A stretch of DNA of 32,000 nucleotides from Neisseria lactamica (GCF_901482445.1 NZ_LR590477.1:1426037-1458036), one strand, 5' to 3'; counted from the stretch's first letter, positions 8,115-18,078 are shown. Notes: generated by a model from the letters alone, not told the origin. Numbers and translations: made by a program.

Positions 8115-8216
8115 TGCTGTATTCCTTTTTTGGTTAAGAAATTTAAGCGAACCGGGCTTTCCGAGCCGCTTAGCTTTGCATTTACCGCCGACGTTTTCGG
8201 CGATTCCTTGTTTGAA

Positions 8217-8245
8217 ACTATAAATGTTCCCGCCCAAAAAAACAA
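8217..8245 (-). promoter_or_regulatory. Candidate porB promoter: TTGTTT-N17-TATAGT with homopolymer runs in the spacer
   Basis: The minus strand reads aagTTTGTTtttttgggcgggaacattTATAGTttc, about 100 nt upstream of the porB ATG. Confidence 0.4.
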
Positions 8246-8451
8246 ACTTCTGCCCGCCCGATACGGGCAATGCGTGTACCGGAATTGGAAGCTGAAGGGG
8301 ATTTGTTTGTTTTTCTTGTTTGAAAACATTGTGTTGTGATTTGCTTTTAAAATTTGCATTTTTACAACACTTATCGGAAAAGGGGCGGGGCGGGAATGAA
8401 ATCTGCCGCTGCAACGGGGTTTGCCGCACCGAATGCGCCCGAAATGCCGGT

Positions 8452-9255
8452 TTAAAGCCATTTGGGGGGATCGGGGCGGACGATGCCGTATGCCTCGGGA
8501 TAATCGACACCGGTCAGGTAAAGCCCGTCGGGCATAAAGGTCGGGGGGGCTTTGAGGCGGCTGCGTTCCCGTATGAGGGTGGAAAAACCCTCTACACTGA
8601 GCCTGCCGCTGCCGACATAGACGAGCGCGCCCATAATGTTGCGTACCATATGGTGCAAAAAGGCGTTGCCGTGCAAATCCAGGCGTATCAGCCCGCCGGT
8701 TTGGGCAAGGGTTGCGCTGTAAATGGTTTTGACGGGGGATTTTGCCTGGCATTCGGCGGCGCGGAAGCTGGAAAAATCTTGTTCGCCGACCAATAAGGCG
8801 GCAGCCTGCCGCATCGGCCCGATGTCGAGTTTGAGGTGTGTCCAGCCCGCCCTGTTTTTCAACAGCGGGGAACGGACGGGGGAGGATTCGAGCAGGTAGC
8901 GGTAGTGCCGTCCGTATGCGTCGAAGCGGGCATGAAATCCGGGGGAGGTCTGCCGGGCGTGCAAAACGGCTATGCCTTCGGGCAGCGCGGCGTTTGTGCC
9001 GCGTATCCAGGCTTGTGCCGGACGGCGGGCGGCGGTGTCGAAATGGACGACTTGGGCGGTTGCGTGCACGCCGGTATCGGTCCTGCCGGCAACGGTGGTG
9101 GCGACAGATTCTCCTGCGATTTGGGCGAGCGCGTCTTCCAATGCCGTCTGAACGGTCGGCACGCCGCCCGCCTGTTTCTGCCAGCCGTAAAAACGGCTGC
9201 CGTCGTAGGATAGGGTCAATGCCCAGCGTTGCGTGTCGGGGGGTTGTGTGTTCAT
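8452..9255 (-). CDS. truA: tRNA pseudouridine(38-40) synthase TruA
   Basis: N terminus ...[16 protein letters not shown]. Catalytic GRTDTGVHA motif. The length of 267 aa is typical. Confidence 0.92.
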   Translation of the reverse strand: MNTQPPDTQRWALTLSYDGSRFYGWQKQAGGVPTVQTALEDALAQIAGESVATTVAGRTDTGVHATAQVVHFDTAARRPAQAWIRGTNAALPEGIAVLHARQTSPGFHARFDAYGRHYRYLLESSPVRSPLLKNRAGWTHLKLDIGPMRQAAALLVGEQDFSSFRAAECQAKSPVKTIYSATLAQTGGLIRLDLHGNAFLHHMVRNIMGALVYVGSGRLSVEGFSTLIRERSRLKAPPTFMPDGLYLTGVDYPEAYGIVRPDPPKWL

Positions 9256-9569
9256 TGCGGATTCTGCCGGTGGGTTTCAGACGGCATTGTATCTCAGATT
9301 TTGCGGGGAAACGAAACTGCCGAATCGCCAAAACCTTTGATGCGGTGAAATTGGCGGAATCGGTGGGCTGAAGCCCACCCTTGTATATTGGAATCACCGT
9401 ATCATAGCAACAAACCGCCCGGCCGCCACCCGCGCCCACCCAAGGCACACAACCGTTGCGCAGCTCAGGGAGCGGCAGGGCAACCCATCGACACAACCGG
9501 ACAGTTGCCGGACAACACAACCGAATGCAAGGCAGGTTGATGATGAGTACCCGATACCATTACGCAGGC

Positions 9570-9671
9570 ATAGTGAATTAACAAAAACCAGTACAGCGTT
9601 GGCTCGCCTTGCCGTACTATTTGTACTGTCTGCGGCTCGCCGCCTTGTCCTGATTTTTGTTAATTCACTAT
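9570..9671. mobile_element. Correia-type MITE nested in IS copy 2
   Basis: Same position and sequence as in copy 1 (offset +3647). Confidence 0.75.
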
Positions 9672-10613
9672 ATCGACATCGCCAAACGAAACTTCGTCAT
9701 CGCCGTTTCGTCTTTGTCTAAAACCAAAACCGAAACCAACAACCCAAAAGGTATCGCCCATACTGTCGAATACCTTAAAAAGCACAACGTCGCCCTCGTC
9801 GTGACGGAAAGCACCGGCGGTCTCGAAATCCCCGCCGCCAAAGCCATCCGCCGGGCAGGCATAGCCGTGATTATCGCCAACCCGCGTCAGACGCATCAGT
9901 TTGCCCAGTCGCAGCCGCTGACCAAAACCGATGCCAAAGATGCCAAAATGCCCGCCTTCTTCGCGCAGATGATGATGCAGAAAGAAGGTTGGCAAACCAT
10001 GCCCTACCAACCGCCCACCGAAGCGGAAGAAGTGTTGGAAGCCTTGGTCAACCGCCGCAACCAACCGGTGGATATGCGGACTGCCGAGAAAAACCGTCTG
10101 CATCAGGTTCACGAAACGCAAGTCGGAAGCGTCAAACAACTGATTGCCCATTTTGACCGGCTGATTGGCGAATCGGACAAACAAATCGACGACCACACCC
10201 ACACGCATTTTGACGGCAAAGCCCAAGTGGCAGAGCAAATCAAAGGCATCGGTTCGATAACGACGGCTACGCTGATGGCGATGCTGCCTGAGTTGGGGCG
10301 GCTGAGCCACAAACGGATAGCGGGTTTGATCGGCATTGCCCCGCACCCGAGGGAGAGCGGGGAAACCAAATTCAAAAGCCGCTGCTTCGGCGGAAGGTCT
10401 GCGGTGCGTAAGGCGCTGTATATGGCTGCCGTGGCAGCGGCACGTTTTGAACCGCTTATTCGGGATTTCTACCAACGCCTGCTGTCCGAGGGTAAGCCGT
10501 ATAAGGTTGCCGTTACGGCATGTATGCGCAAACTGCTGACGATATTGAATGCCCGGATACGTGATTATTTTGCCGAAAACGATACCGCCGAAAACGATAT
10601 CCGGACGGCTTGA
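9657..10613 (+). CDS. IS110-family DEDD recombinase/transposase (copy 2, same MITE-interrupted 5' end)
   Basis: The 318-aa ORF product is identical to that of copy 1. Confidence 0.85.
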   Translation: MLIHYIDIAKRNFVIAVSSLSKTKTETNNPKGIAHTVEYLKKHNVALVVTESTGGLEIPAAKAIRRAGIAVIIANPRQTHQFAQSQPLTKTDAKDAKMPAFFAQMMMQKEGWQTMPYQPPTEAEEVLEALVNRRNQPVDMRTAEKNRLHQVHETQVGSVKQLIAHFDRLIGESDKQIDDHTHTHFDGKAQVAEQIKGIGSITTATLMAMLPELGRLSHKRIAGLIGIAPHPRESGETKFKSRCFGGRSAVRKALYMAAVAAARFEPLIRDFYQRLLSEGKPYKVAVTACMRKLLTILNARIRDYFAENDTAENDIRTA

Positions 10614-10734
10614 TTTGAGTTTTGGTATTTTTGCCCGACGGGGTGAAAAATACAGTTGCTACAAGAGCGTTCAGACGGCATTGTTTGCGTTTTCGGGATG
10701 GGGGCAAATGAAACGCCGACAAACCGATGCCGTC

Positions 10735-10905
10735 ATTCCCGCGCAGGCGGGAATCTAGGATGCGGAATCTCAAGAAACCGTTATACCCGATAAGTTTCTG
10801 CACCGACAGGTCTGGATTCCCGCCTGCGCGGGAATGACGGGTTTCAAGATTGCGGTGTTGTCGGGAATGACGGGTTTCAAGATTACGGTGTTGTCGGGGA
10901 TGACG
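10735..10905. repeat. NIME block: two dRS3 copies followed by a 33-bp tandem repeat
   Basis: dRS3 at 10735-10754 and 10816-10835. gggaatgacgggtttcaagatt(g/a)cggtgttgtc occurs at 10830 and 10863, with a partial third unit. Confidence 0.8.
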
Positions 10906-10952
10906 GTTCGGGTATTTCCACGTCCGCCCCGCGCCTGAAACGGCGAGTGCAT

Positions 10953-10983
10953 CAAAAATGCCGTCTGAAGGTTCAGACGGCAT
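10953..10983 (-). terminator. Inverted DUS pair terminator downstream of opa
   Basis: The minus strand reads atgccgtctgaaccttcagacggcattttt. Confidence 0.75.
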
Positions 10984-10996
10984 CGGTATCGGGGAA

Positions 10997-11778
10997 TCAG
11001 AAGCGGTAGCGCACGCCCAATGAGGCTTCGTGGGTTTTGAAGCGGGTGTTTTCCAAGTGTCCCCAGTAGTGGTAGCGGTATCCGGTGTCCAAGGTCAGCT
11101 TGGGCGTGATGTCTATGCCTACGCCTGCCACTGCGCCGAAGCCCACGCGGCGGATGCTGTGGCTTTCGTGGACGGGCGGGTGGACATCTTTCAACCCTCC
11201 GTTAGGAATATTGCCAATAATTATTTCAGCTTTATCTTCTAAAGCAATGCTGTGTCTGATTTTGCCTAAACCAACCCGTACGCCGGCATAGGGTTTGAAG
11301 CGGGTGCCGGTATCGAAATCGTAGATGGCGGAGATGCCGTAGTTGGATTCGGCTTTGAATGTGCCTTTGTCGGTGTGGTCGGCAATTAGTTTGACAGAAG
11401 TGCCGTTTTGAACTGATTTGTTTTGTTCTGTGCGAATATGCTTGCCGTGTTTCCACTTATTATAGCGGGCGTAATCGAGGGCGATGCGCCAGTTGCCGAA
11501 ATCGTAGCCGACGGAAAGGCGTGGGTGTGTGGAGCGGGTTTTGATGTCGCGGTAGTCGTCGAAGACTTTGGCGTTGTCGGCGGGATAATCGTGGGTAATG
11601 TGTTCGTAGGCGTAGTTCAAATCCGCCTGCACATAGGGGCCGCGGCCATTGTCTTCACTTGCCGCCTGCGCTGCGGAAGAGAAGAGAAGAGAAGAGAAGA
11701 GAAGAGAAGAGAAGAGAAGAGAAGAGAAGAGAAGAGAAGAGAAGAGAAGAGAAGGGGTTTTTTAGGGGCTGGATTCAT
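10997..11778 (-). CDS. opa: Opa opacity outer-membrane protein, phase-variable; out of frame (OFF) in this sequence
   Basis: ATGAATCCAGCCCCTAAAAAACCCCTT + (CTCTT)15 in the leader. The mature frame reads [32 protein letters not shown]...[10 protein letters not shown]. The ATG frame and the mature frame differ by 1 nt, and the ATG frame stops shortly after the repeat. Confidence 0.9.
11677..11751 (-). repeat. (CTCTT)15 pentanucleotide coding repeat, the opa phase-variation tract
   Basis: I counted 15 perfect AAGAG units on the plus strand. This is cross-checked by 5 x EEKRR in the antisense ORF 11423-11803. Confidence 0.9.
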
Positions 11779-12186
11779 TTTTCGGCTCCGAGATTCGGTT
11801 TAACTGATTAAAAAAGAACGATTTTCACTGATGGTTCAAGGGCGGATTGTATCGGGTTTGGGGTGATGTTTCAACACATAGGGTTGCGCCTGATGCGCGT
11901 TTGTGTGCTCCGGGGCGTTCGGCGGCGGTAAATTTTCGGGTATTTTCCGCTTCGGGCGGAACGGGCGGCACACTGTCTATAAACCGCAATACCGTTTACA
12001 ATGGCCGCCTGTTTGACCACACTCCCGAACGCAACAATGTTTCAACACACAGGACGACACATAAAGCGTCGCCCTATGTGTTGCCCTGATTTGGAAGGGG
12101 TTACGCCCCTCCCAAATAAATTCTGATTCTACCGCCCCGAAGGACAGATGTCCGAGTGGCGGGGTTTCAACCGAAAAGGGAATACG

Positions 12187-13107
12187 ATGAAAATCAGGCT
12201 TGGGCGGCACAACGCGCCCGACTTTCCACAGGGTGCCGCCGTTACCATAGGCAATTTCGACGGCGTACACCTCGGACACAAACACATCCTCCAAAAACTC
12301 CGCCTCGAAGCCGATGCGCGCGGCCTGCCCGTCGTTGCCGTCATTTTCGAGCCGCAACCTAAAGAATTTTTTGCAAGCCGCACCGGCAAAACCCCGCCGT
12401 GCCGCATCAGCCCCCTGCGTACCAAGCTGGAATTGCTGGAAGGCACGGGCTGCGTCGATGCCGTCTGGGTTTTGCGTTTCGACAGGCATTTTTCCGAAAT
12501 ATCCGCGCAGGGGTTTATCGACCGCCTGCTGCGTCAAACTTTGAATACGCGCTATTTGCTCGTCGGCGACGATTTCCGTTTTGGTGCGGGGCGGGAAGGC
12601 TGTTTTGAACTTTTGGCACAACAGCCTGATATGCAAACCGAGCGCACGCCTTCCGTCATCGTCGAAGACATCCGCACCAGCAGTACCGCCGTGCGCCAGG
12701 CTCTTTCAGACGGCAACCTTGCCTATGCGAAAAAACTTTTGGGACACGACTACGTTTTGGGGGGCAGGGTGGTGCACGGCAGAAAACTCGGGCGCACCCT
12801 AAACGCCCCGACCGCCAATATCCGCCTGCCCGGCCACCGTTATGCCCTCGGCGGCGTGTTTGTCGTCGAAGCAGACGGCGTGTTCGGCACGCGGCGCGGC
12901 GTGGCGAGCTTCGGCTTCAATCCCACCGTCGGCGGCGGGCGTTTTCAAAAGCTTGAAGTCCATTTGTTCGACTTTCAAGGCGATTTGTACGGGCAGGGGC
13001 TGAACGTCCGCTTCCTGCACAAACTGCGCGATGAGGAAAAGTTTGACGGTATGGAAGAACTGAAAAGGCAGATTGAAGCCGATATGGAAGCCGCAAGGCG
13101 TTGGTAG
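12187..13107 (+). CDS. ribF: Bifunctional riboflavin kinase / FMN adenylyltransferase
   Basis: GNFDGVHLGH nucleotidyltransferase motif. C-terminal riboflavin kinase domain (PTANI..., E...H). MKIRLG at 12187 is the more plausible start than 12148. Confidence 0.9.
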   Translation: MKIRLGRHNAPDFPQGAAVTIGNFDGVHLGHKHILQKLRLEADARGLPVVAVIFEPQPKEFFASRTGKTPPCRISPLRTKLELLEGTGCVDAVWVLRFDRHFSEISAQGFIDRLLRQTLNTRYLLVGDDFRFGAGREGCFELLAQQPDMQTERTPSVIVEDIRTSSTAVRQALSDGNLAYAKKLLGHDYVLGGRVVHGRKLGRTLNAPTANIRLPGHRYALGGVFVVEADGVFGTRRGVASFGFNPTVGGGRFQKLEVHLFDFQGDLYGQGLNVRFLHKLRDEEKFDGMEELKRQIEADMEAARRW

Positions 13108-13249
13108 AAAAACCTTATACAAACCATCCGATTGGGCTACAATCAATCTTTTAACTGTTCAGACGGCACAGGGTTTTCCCGTTGTGAAATACTGTTTGGG
13201 GCGCAATGCCGTCTGAAACCGAAATTATTGTAACAATAGAGATTAAAAA

Positions 13250-16039
13250 ATGACCGATTACAGTAAAACCGTAAACCTGCTCGAAAGCCCGTTTCCGATG
13301 CGCGGCAATCTTGCCAAGCGCGAGCCTGCATGGCTGAAAAGCTGGTACGAGCAAAAACGCTACCAAAAACTGCGCGAAATCGCCAAAGGCCGTCCGAAGT
13401 TCATCCTGCACGACGGCCCGCCGTATGCCAACGGCGACATCCACATCGGTCATGCCGTCAACAAAATTCTCAAAGACATCATTATCCGCAGCAAAACCCA
13501 AGCCGGTTTTGACGCGCCTTATGTGCCGGGTTGGGACTGTCACGGTTTGCCTATCGAAGTGATGGTAGAAAAGCTGCACGGCAAAGACATGCCCAAAGCG
13601 CGTTTCCGCGAATTGTGCCGCGAATACGCCGCCGAACAAGTTGCCCGTCAGAAAAAAGACTTTATCCGTCTGGGCGTGTTGGGCGATTGGGACAAGCCCT
13701 ACCTGACCATGGATTTCAAAACCGAAGCAGATACCGTGCGTATGCTCGGCGAAATCTACAAATCGGGCTATCTCTACCGGGGCGCGAAACCGGTTCAATT
13801 CTGCTTGGACTGCGGTTCTTCGCTGGCGGAAGCGGAAGTGGAATACAAAGACAAAGTATCGCCTGCGATTGACGTTGCCTATCCGTTTAAAGACACTGCC
13901 GCGCTTGCCGCCGCATTCGGTTTGGCAGGTATCGAAGGCAAAGCGTTTGCCGTTATCTGGACGACCACGCCTTGGACGCTGCCGGCGAGCCAAGCCGTGT
14001 CGGCCGGGGCGGACGTGGTGTATCAATTAATCGATACGCCCAAAGGCAAATTGGTGCTGGCGAAAGATTTGGCGGAAGACGCTTTGAAACGCTACGGCTT
14101 TTCAGACGGCATCGCTATCCTTGCCGAAACCACCGGCAACAAGCTGGAAAACCTGCACATGAACCATCCGTTTTTGGAACGCGATATTCCTATGCTCAAC
14201 GGCGACCACGTTACCACCGATGCCGGTACCGGCTTGGTGCACACCGCTCCCGCGCACGGTTTGGAAGACTACGCCGTCTGCAACAAATACGGCATCGGGC
14301 TTTACAACCCCGTCAACGCCGAGGGCAAATACATTAGCGAAACGCCGCGCGTTGCCGGTATGCGTGTTTGGGAGGCGAACCCTGTCATCCTGCAATGGCT
14401 GGAAGAAACCGGCAACCTCTTGGCAAGCAGCAAAATCGAACACAGCTACGCGCACTGCTGGCGGCACAAAACGCCGCTGATTTACCGCGCGACCGGACAA
14501 TGGTTTATCGGTATGGACAAAGCCGGTGCCGACGGCAAAACCCTGCGCGACAAAGCCATCAAAGCCGTTGACGATACCGAGTTTTTCCCGTCTTGGGGGC
14601 GCGCGCGTTTGGAAGCGATGATTGAAGGCCGTCCCGACTGGGTGGTTTCACGCCAACGTTACTGGGGCACGCCGATGACTTTCTTTGTTCACAAAGAAAC
14701 CGGTGAACTGCATCCGAACTCTGCCGAGTTGTTGGAAAAAGTTGCCCAAAAAATCGAAGAAAAAGGCATCGAAGCGTGGTTCTCTCTTGATAAGAGCGAA
14801 CTCTTGAGCACGGAAGATTGCGAACATTACGACAAACTTTCCGATACGATGGACGTATGGTTCGACTCCGGCTCGACCCATTATTCCGTCTTGAAACAAC
14901 GCGAAGAATTGGAATGGCCGGCGGATTTGTATCTCGAAGGCAGCGACCAGCACCGGGGCTGGTTCCAATCGTCTATGCTGACCGGCTGTGCCTCATCAAT
15001 GGGTCGCGCGCCGTACAAACAGCTTCTGACCCACGGTTTCGTGGTGGATCAAAACGGGCGCAAAATGTCGAAATCCATCGGCAACGTCGTCGCGCCGCAA
15101 GAAGTGTATAACGAGTTCGGCGCGGACATCCTGCGCCTGTGGGCGGCATCCACCGATTACAGCGGCGAATTGGCGATTTCCAAAGAAATCCTCAAACGCG
15201 TAACCGAAAGCTACCGCCGTATCCGCAACACCTTGAGCTTTCTGTTTGCCAACTTGAGCGATTTCAATCCTATTGAAGATGCCGTGCAACAGGCGGATAT
15301 GGTGGAAATCGACCGCTACGCCGTGGTATTGGCGAGGCGGCTGCAAGAACGCGTTGCCGGTGATTTTTATCCGCGTTATACCTTCCACTTCGCCGTAAAA
15401 GACATTGTTTCTTTCTGCTCGGAAGACTTGGGCGCGTTCTACCTTGATATTCTCAAAGACCGCCTCTACACCACCCAAGCCGACAGCCGCGCCCGCCGCA
15501 GCGCACAAACTGCCCTGTACCACATCACACGCAGTTTGGTTCTCTTGATTGCACCGATTTTGTGCTTCACCGGCGAAGAAGCGTGGGACATCATCGGCGG
15601 CGGCGAAGAAGACAGCGTCCTCTTCCACACTTGGCACGAGTTCCCGACCATCAACGAAAAGGCCGAAGCCGAACTGGTGAAAAAATGGACGGCAATCCGC
15701 AAAGCGCGCGAAGCCGTTACCGCCGCCATCGAGCCTTTGCGCGCCGACAAAACCGTCGGTTCGTCCTTGCAAGCCGAAGCCGAAATCACCGCGCCGGAAG
15801 AAATGGCCGGCTACCTGAACGCCTTGGGCGAAGAATTGCGCTTTGCCATGCTGGTGTCTAAAGCAGAAGTGAAAGTCGGTGATGAACTTGCCGTTGCCGC
15901 CAAAGCCGGCAGCGGCGAAAAATGCGAACGCTGCTGGCACTACACCCGCGATGTGGGCGCGGTTGCAGGCTATGAAACCGTCTGCAAACGCTGTGCAGAG
16001 AATGTCGGCGGAGAAGGCGAAACGCGCCATTACGCCTGA
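13250..16039 (+). CDS. ileS: Isoleucine--tRNA ligase
   Basis: HIGH motif ([11 protein letters not shown]). KMSKS motif. C-terminal zinc-binding CERCW...CKRC. 929 aa. Confidence 0.97.
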   Translation: MTDYSKTVNLLESPFPMRGNLAKREPAWLKSWYEQKRYQKLREIAKGRPKFILHDGPPYANGDIHIGHAVNKILKDIIIRSKTQAGFDAPYVPGWDCHGLPIEVMVEKLHGKDMPKARFRELCREYAAEQVARQKKDFIRLGVLGDWDKPYLTMDFKTEADTVRMLGEIYKSGYLYRGAKPVQFCLDCGSSLAEAEVEYKDKVSPAIDVAYPFKDTAALAAAFGLAGIEGKAFAVIWTTTPWTLPASQAVSAGADVVYQLIDTPKGKLVLAKDLAEDALKRYGFSDGIAILAETTGNKLENLHMNHPFLERDIPMLNGDHVTTDAGTGLVHTAPAHGLEDYAVCNKYGIGLYNPVNAEGKYISETPRVAGMRVWEANPVILQWLEETGNLLASSKIEHSYAHCWRHKTPLIYRATGQWFIGMDKAGADGKTLRDKAIKAVDDTEFFPSWGRARLEAMIEGRPDWVVSRQRYWGTPMTFFVHKETGELHPNSAELLEKVAQKIEEKGIEAWFSLDKSELLSTEDCEHYDKLSDTMDVWFDSGSTHYSVLKQREELEWPADLYLEGSDQHRGWFQSSMLTGCASSMGRAPYKQLLTHGFVVDQNGRKMSKSIGNVVAPQEVYNEFGADILRLWAASTDYSGELAISKEILKRVTESYRRIRNTLSFLFANLSDFNPIEDAVQQADMVEIDRYAVVLARRLQERVAGDFYPRYTFHFAVKDIVSFCSEDLGAFYLDILKDRLYTTQADSRARRSAQTALYHITRSLVLLIAPILCFTGEEAWDIIGGGEEDSVLFHTWHEFPTINEKAEAELVKKWTAIRKAREAVTAAIEPLRADKTVGSSLQAEAEITAPEEMAGYLNALGEELRFAMLVSKAEVKVGDELAVAAKAGSGEKCERCWHYTRDVGAVAGYETVCKRCAENVGGEGETRHYA

Positions 16040-16053
16040 CGGGGTTTGGACAA

Positions 16054-16088
16054 ATGCTGTCTGAAAGAAGTTTCAGACGGCATTTTTT
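16054..16088 (+). terminator. Imperfect DUS inverted pair followed by a T-run, acting as the ileS terminator
   Basis: atgctgtctgaaagaagtttcagacggcatttttt. Confidence 0.75.
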
Positions 16089-16248
16089 GTGCCGCGATTT
16101 GTCTTCATAATGGCGGAGGGGATAAATTCGCGCAATCTAAAACCTTATATATTTCGTCCCTAAGAAGGGACGATTAACAAAAATTAACGCCCTTTACTTT
16201 CTACAAGTAACAGGGCTTTTTTTTTGCCCGTTTTTGAGGATTCGCACC

Positions 16249-18078
16249 ATGGAAGATAGGCAAGGGATGAAAAAGGCGGTTGCCGGCGTGATGACGGACG
16301 CTTTAGCGGACGGCAGGAAGCCGGCAACCGCTTCAAACCTTCCCCCCTTATCTAACAGGGGGGGTACAGAAACCGAAACGGCGGGCAGGGTTCAGGAAGT
16401 CTTCGAATGTTACGAAACGTACATAACGGACGGCAAAGGAAAACTGTTAGGCGTTCCTCTTCGGCGCGGTGTATCAGATTCGGCTTTCATTGACCAAATC
16501 ACATTTTCAATTCATGAAGACACGTTTTTCCATGTTTATGGACTTTCGTTTGATTTGTTCGATGATGACGATTTCATCCGCGCGGCTTCAGACAAGATGG
16601 AAGAAATTTTCGGATTCGGAATCATTGAAAAAGCTAAGCATTCAGGCGGGCGTTTCTATGAGGGCTGCTGGCTGATGGGAACGGAAAATGCCCAATATGG
16701 GCGCGTCCATTTCGGCGGCCAAAACAACACGATGCTTTTTGAATTGACGGCGGTAGGCTGCAATGCTGCAAATATTGGATGGGAATCAAGGCTTTTTGAT
16801 TTTCTGACAAATGCGATTCGTCCAAAAATAACGCGCGTTGACATCGCAAAAGACTTTTTCAACGGAGAGTACAGCCCGAATCAGGCAAGAGAAGACCGCA
16901 ACAAAGGTTTGTTTACGTGCCATCACGTTAAACCGAAGGGCGAGTGCCTAGGCTCTGACTGGGAGGAAGAAGACGAAGCCAAAATGACGAGGGGTAAAAC
17001 CTACGGCATAGGTTCGCGTGAGTCTTCAAAATATGTACGAATCTATGAAAAAGGCAAGCAGCTTGGCGATAAAACAAGCATTTGGACGCGCTTTGAAATC
17101 GAATTCAATTCGTATTGGGAAAAGAATAGGCATAATCCTGATATTGTTAATTTTAAAAATTACAATTTTAGCCGTTGTTATTTCGACTGGAACGGCGGTA
17201 GTTGCACTGTCGGTGAAGATATAAATGACGCAAGATCTTTCATCAGTTTTTCCCTTAGACGCAATACAAAATACAAAGAAGAAATGGATGCCAAAAAGCT
17301 GGAAGAGATTTTGGCTTTAAAAGTCGATGCCAATCCCGACAAATATATACAGGCAACCGGATATCCCGGTTATTCCGAAAAAGTAGAAGTTGCACCCGGA
17401 ACAAAAGTGAATATGGGGCCCGTCACGGACAGGAACGGGAATCCCGTTCAAGTTGTCGCAACATTCGGCAGGGATGCGCAAGGCAATAACACGGTCGATG
17501 TTCAAGTAGTCCCGCGTCCCGATCTCACACCCGGAAGCGCGGAAGCCCCTAATGTCCGCCCGCTGCCCGAAGTATCGCCCGCCGAAAACCCTGCAAACAA
17601 CCCGAACCCCAATGAGCACCCCGGCACGCGCCCCAACCCCGAACCCGACCCCGATTTGAATCCCGATGCAAATCCCGATACGGACGTACAGCCCGGCACA
17701 AGCCCCGATTCCCCCGCCGTTCCGGGGCGCACAAACGGCAGGGACGGCAAAGAAAGGAAAGAAGGCGAAGACGGTGGTTTTTTATGCAAGTATTTTCCGA
17801 AAATCCTAGCCTGTCAGGAGATGGGCAAACCTTCAGACGGCATGTTTGACGATATAAGAATACCGCAGGTTACAGACGATAAAACATGGTCTTCAGATAA
17901 CTTTTTACCGTCTAACGGCGTATGTCCGCAGCCGAAAACCTTTCATGTTTTCGGTAGGCAATATCAGGCAAGCTATGAGCCGTTATGCGTGTTTGCGGAA
18001 AAAATCCGATTTGCCGTACTGCTCGCCTTTATCATTATGTCGGCTTTTGTCGTTTTCGGTTCGTTGAGGGGGAAATAA
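16249..18078 (+). CDS. Chimeric ORF: N-terminal filamentous-phage replication initiator (Rep_trans-like) fused in frame to the C-terminal half of a TspB-like (pIII-type) protein
   Basis: The N-terminal roughly 295 aa (..ITFSIHEDTFFH...VHFGGQNNTMLFELTAVGC...RVDIAKDFF...SKYVRIYEKG...WTRFEIEF) look like a phage Rep. From about nt 17110 the sequence turns AT-rich. It then encodes ..GYPGYSEKVEVAPGTKVNMGPVTDRNGNPVQVVATFGRD.., a P/N/D-rich linker and a C-terminal TM segment, recognisable as TspB. Start choice (16234 TTG, 16249 ATG or 16267 ATG) is uncertain. Confidence 0.65.
   Translation: MEDRQGMKKAVAGVMTDALADGRKPATASNLPPLSNRGGTETETAGRVQEVFECYETYITDGKGKLLGVPLRRGVSDSAFIDQITFSIHEDTFFHVYGLSFDLFDDDDFIRAASDKMEEIFGFGIIEKAKHSGGRFYEGCWLMGTENAQYGRVHFGGQNNTMLFELTAVGCNAANIGWESRLFDFLTNAIRPKITRVDIAKDFFNGEYSPNQAREDRNKGLFTCHHVKPKGECLGSDWEEEDEAKMTRGKTYGIGSRESSKYVRIYEKGKQLGDKTSIWTRFEIEFNSYWEKNRHNPDIVNFKNYNFSRCYFDWNGGSCTVGEDINDARSFISFSLRRNTKYKEEMDAKKLEEILALKVDANPDKYIQATGYPGYSEKVEVAPGTKVNMGPVTDRNGNPVQVVATFGRDAQGNNTVDVQVVPRPDLTPGSAEAPNVRPLPEVSPAENPANNPNPNEHPGTRPNPEPDPDLNPDANPDTDVQPGTSPDSPAVPGRTNGRDGKERKEGEDGGFLCKYFPKILACQEMGKPSDGMFDDIRIPQVTDDKTWSSDNFLPSNGVCPQPKTFHVFGRQYQASYEPLCVFAEKIRFAVLLAFIIMSAFVVFGSLRGK

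Larger units (their letters stand above)
9380..10660 (+). mobile_element. IS110-family insertion sequence, copy 2 (direct repeat of copy 1)
   Basis: It has the same junctions as copy 1, ..gaagcccacc|CT|tgtat and ..cagttg|CT|acaagagcg. The 31 bp left of the junction (attggcggaatcggtgggctgaagcccacc) are also identical to the copy 1 flank. Confidence 0.85.

Noticed and set aside
7101-8510. Extended 469-aa version of the porB ORF
   Set aside because: The upstream 132 codons run through the promoter/leader region. The recognisable PorB signal peptide begins at the internal ATG (8114), which has its own RBS.
8111-9520. 469-aa minus-strand ORF spanning truA in another frame and running into the IS left end
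   Set aside because: It overlaps the convincing truA frame. The product is Arg/Pro-rich and low-complexity. The start of the ORF, near 9520, is repeat/IS sequence.
11423-11803. 126-aa ORF with an (EEKRR)5 repeat
   Set aside because: It is the antisense reading of the opa CTCTT tract and the opa 5' coding region.
13151-16030. Minus-strand ORFs of 291 aa and 344 aa (13151-14026 and 14996-16030)
   Set aside because: They are antisense to ileS and are shadow ORFs with no motifs.
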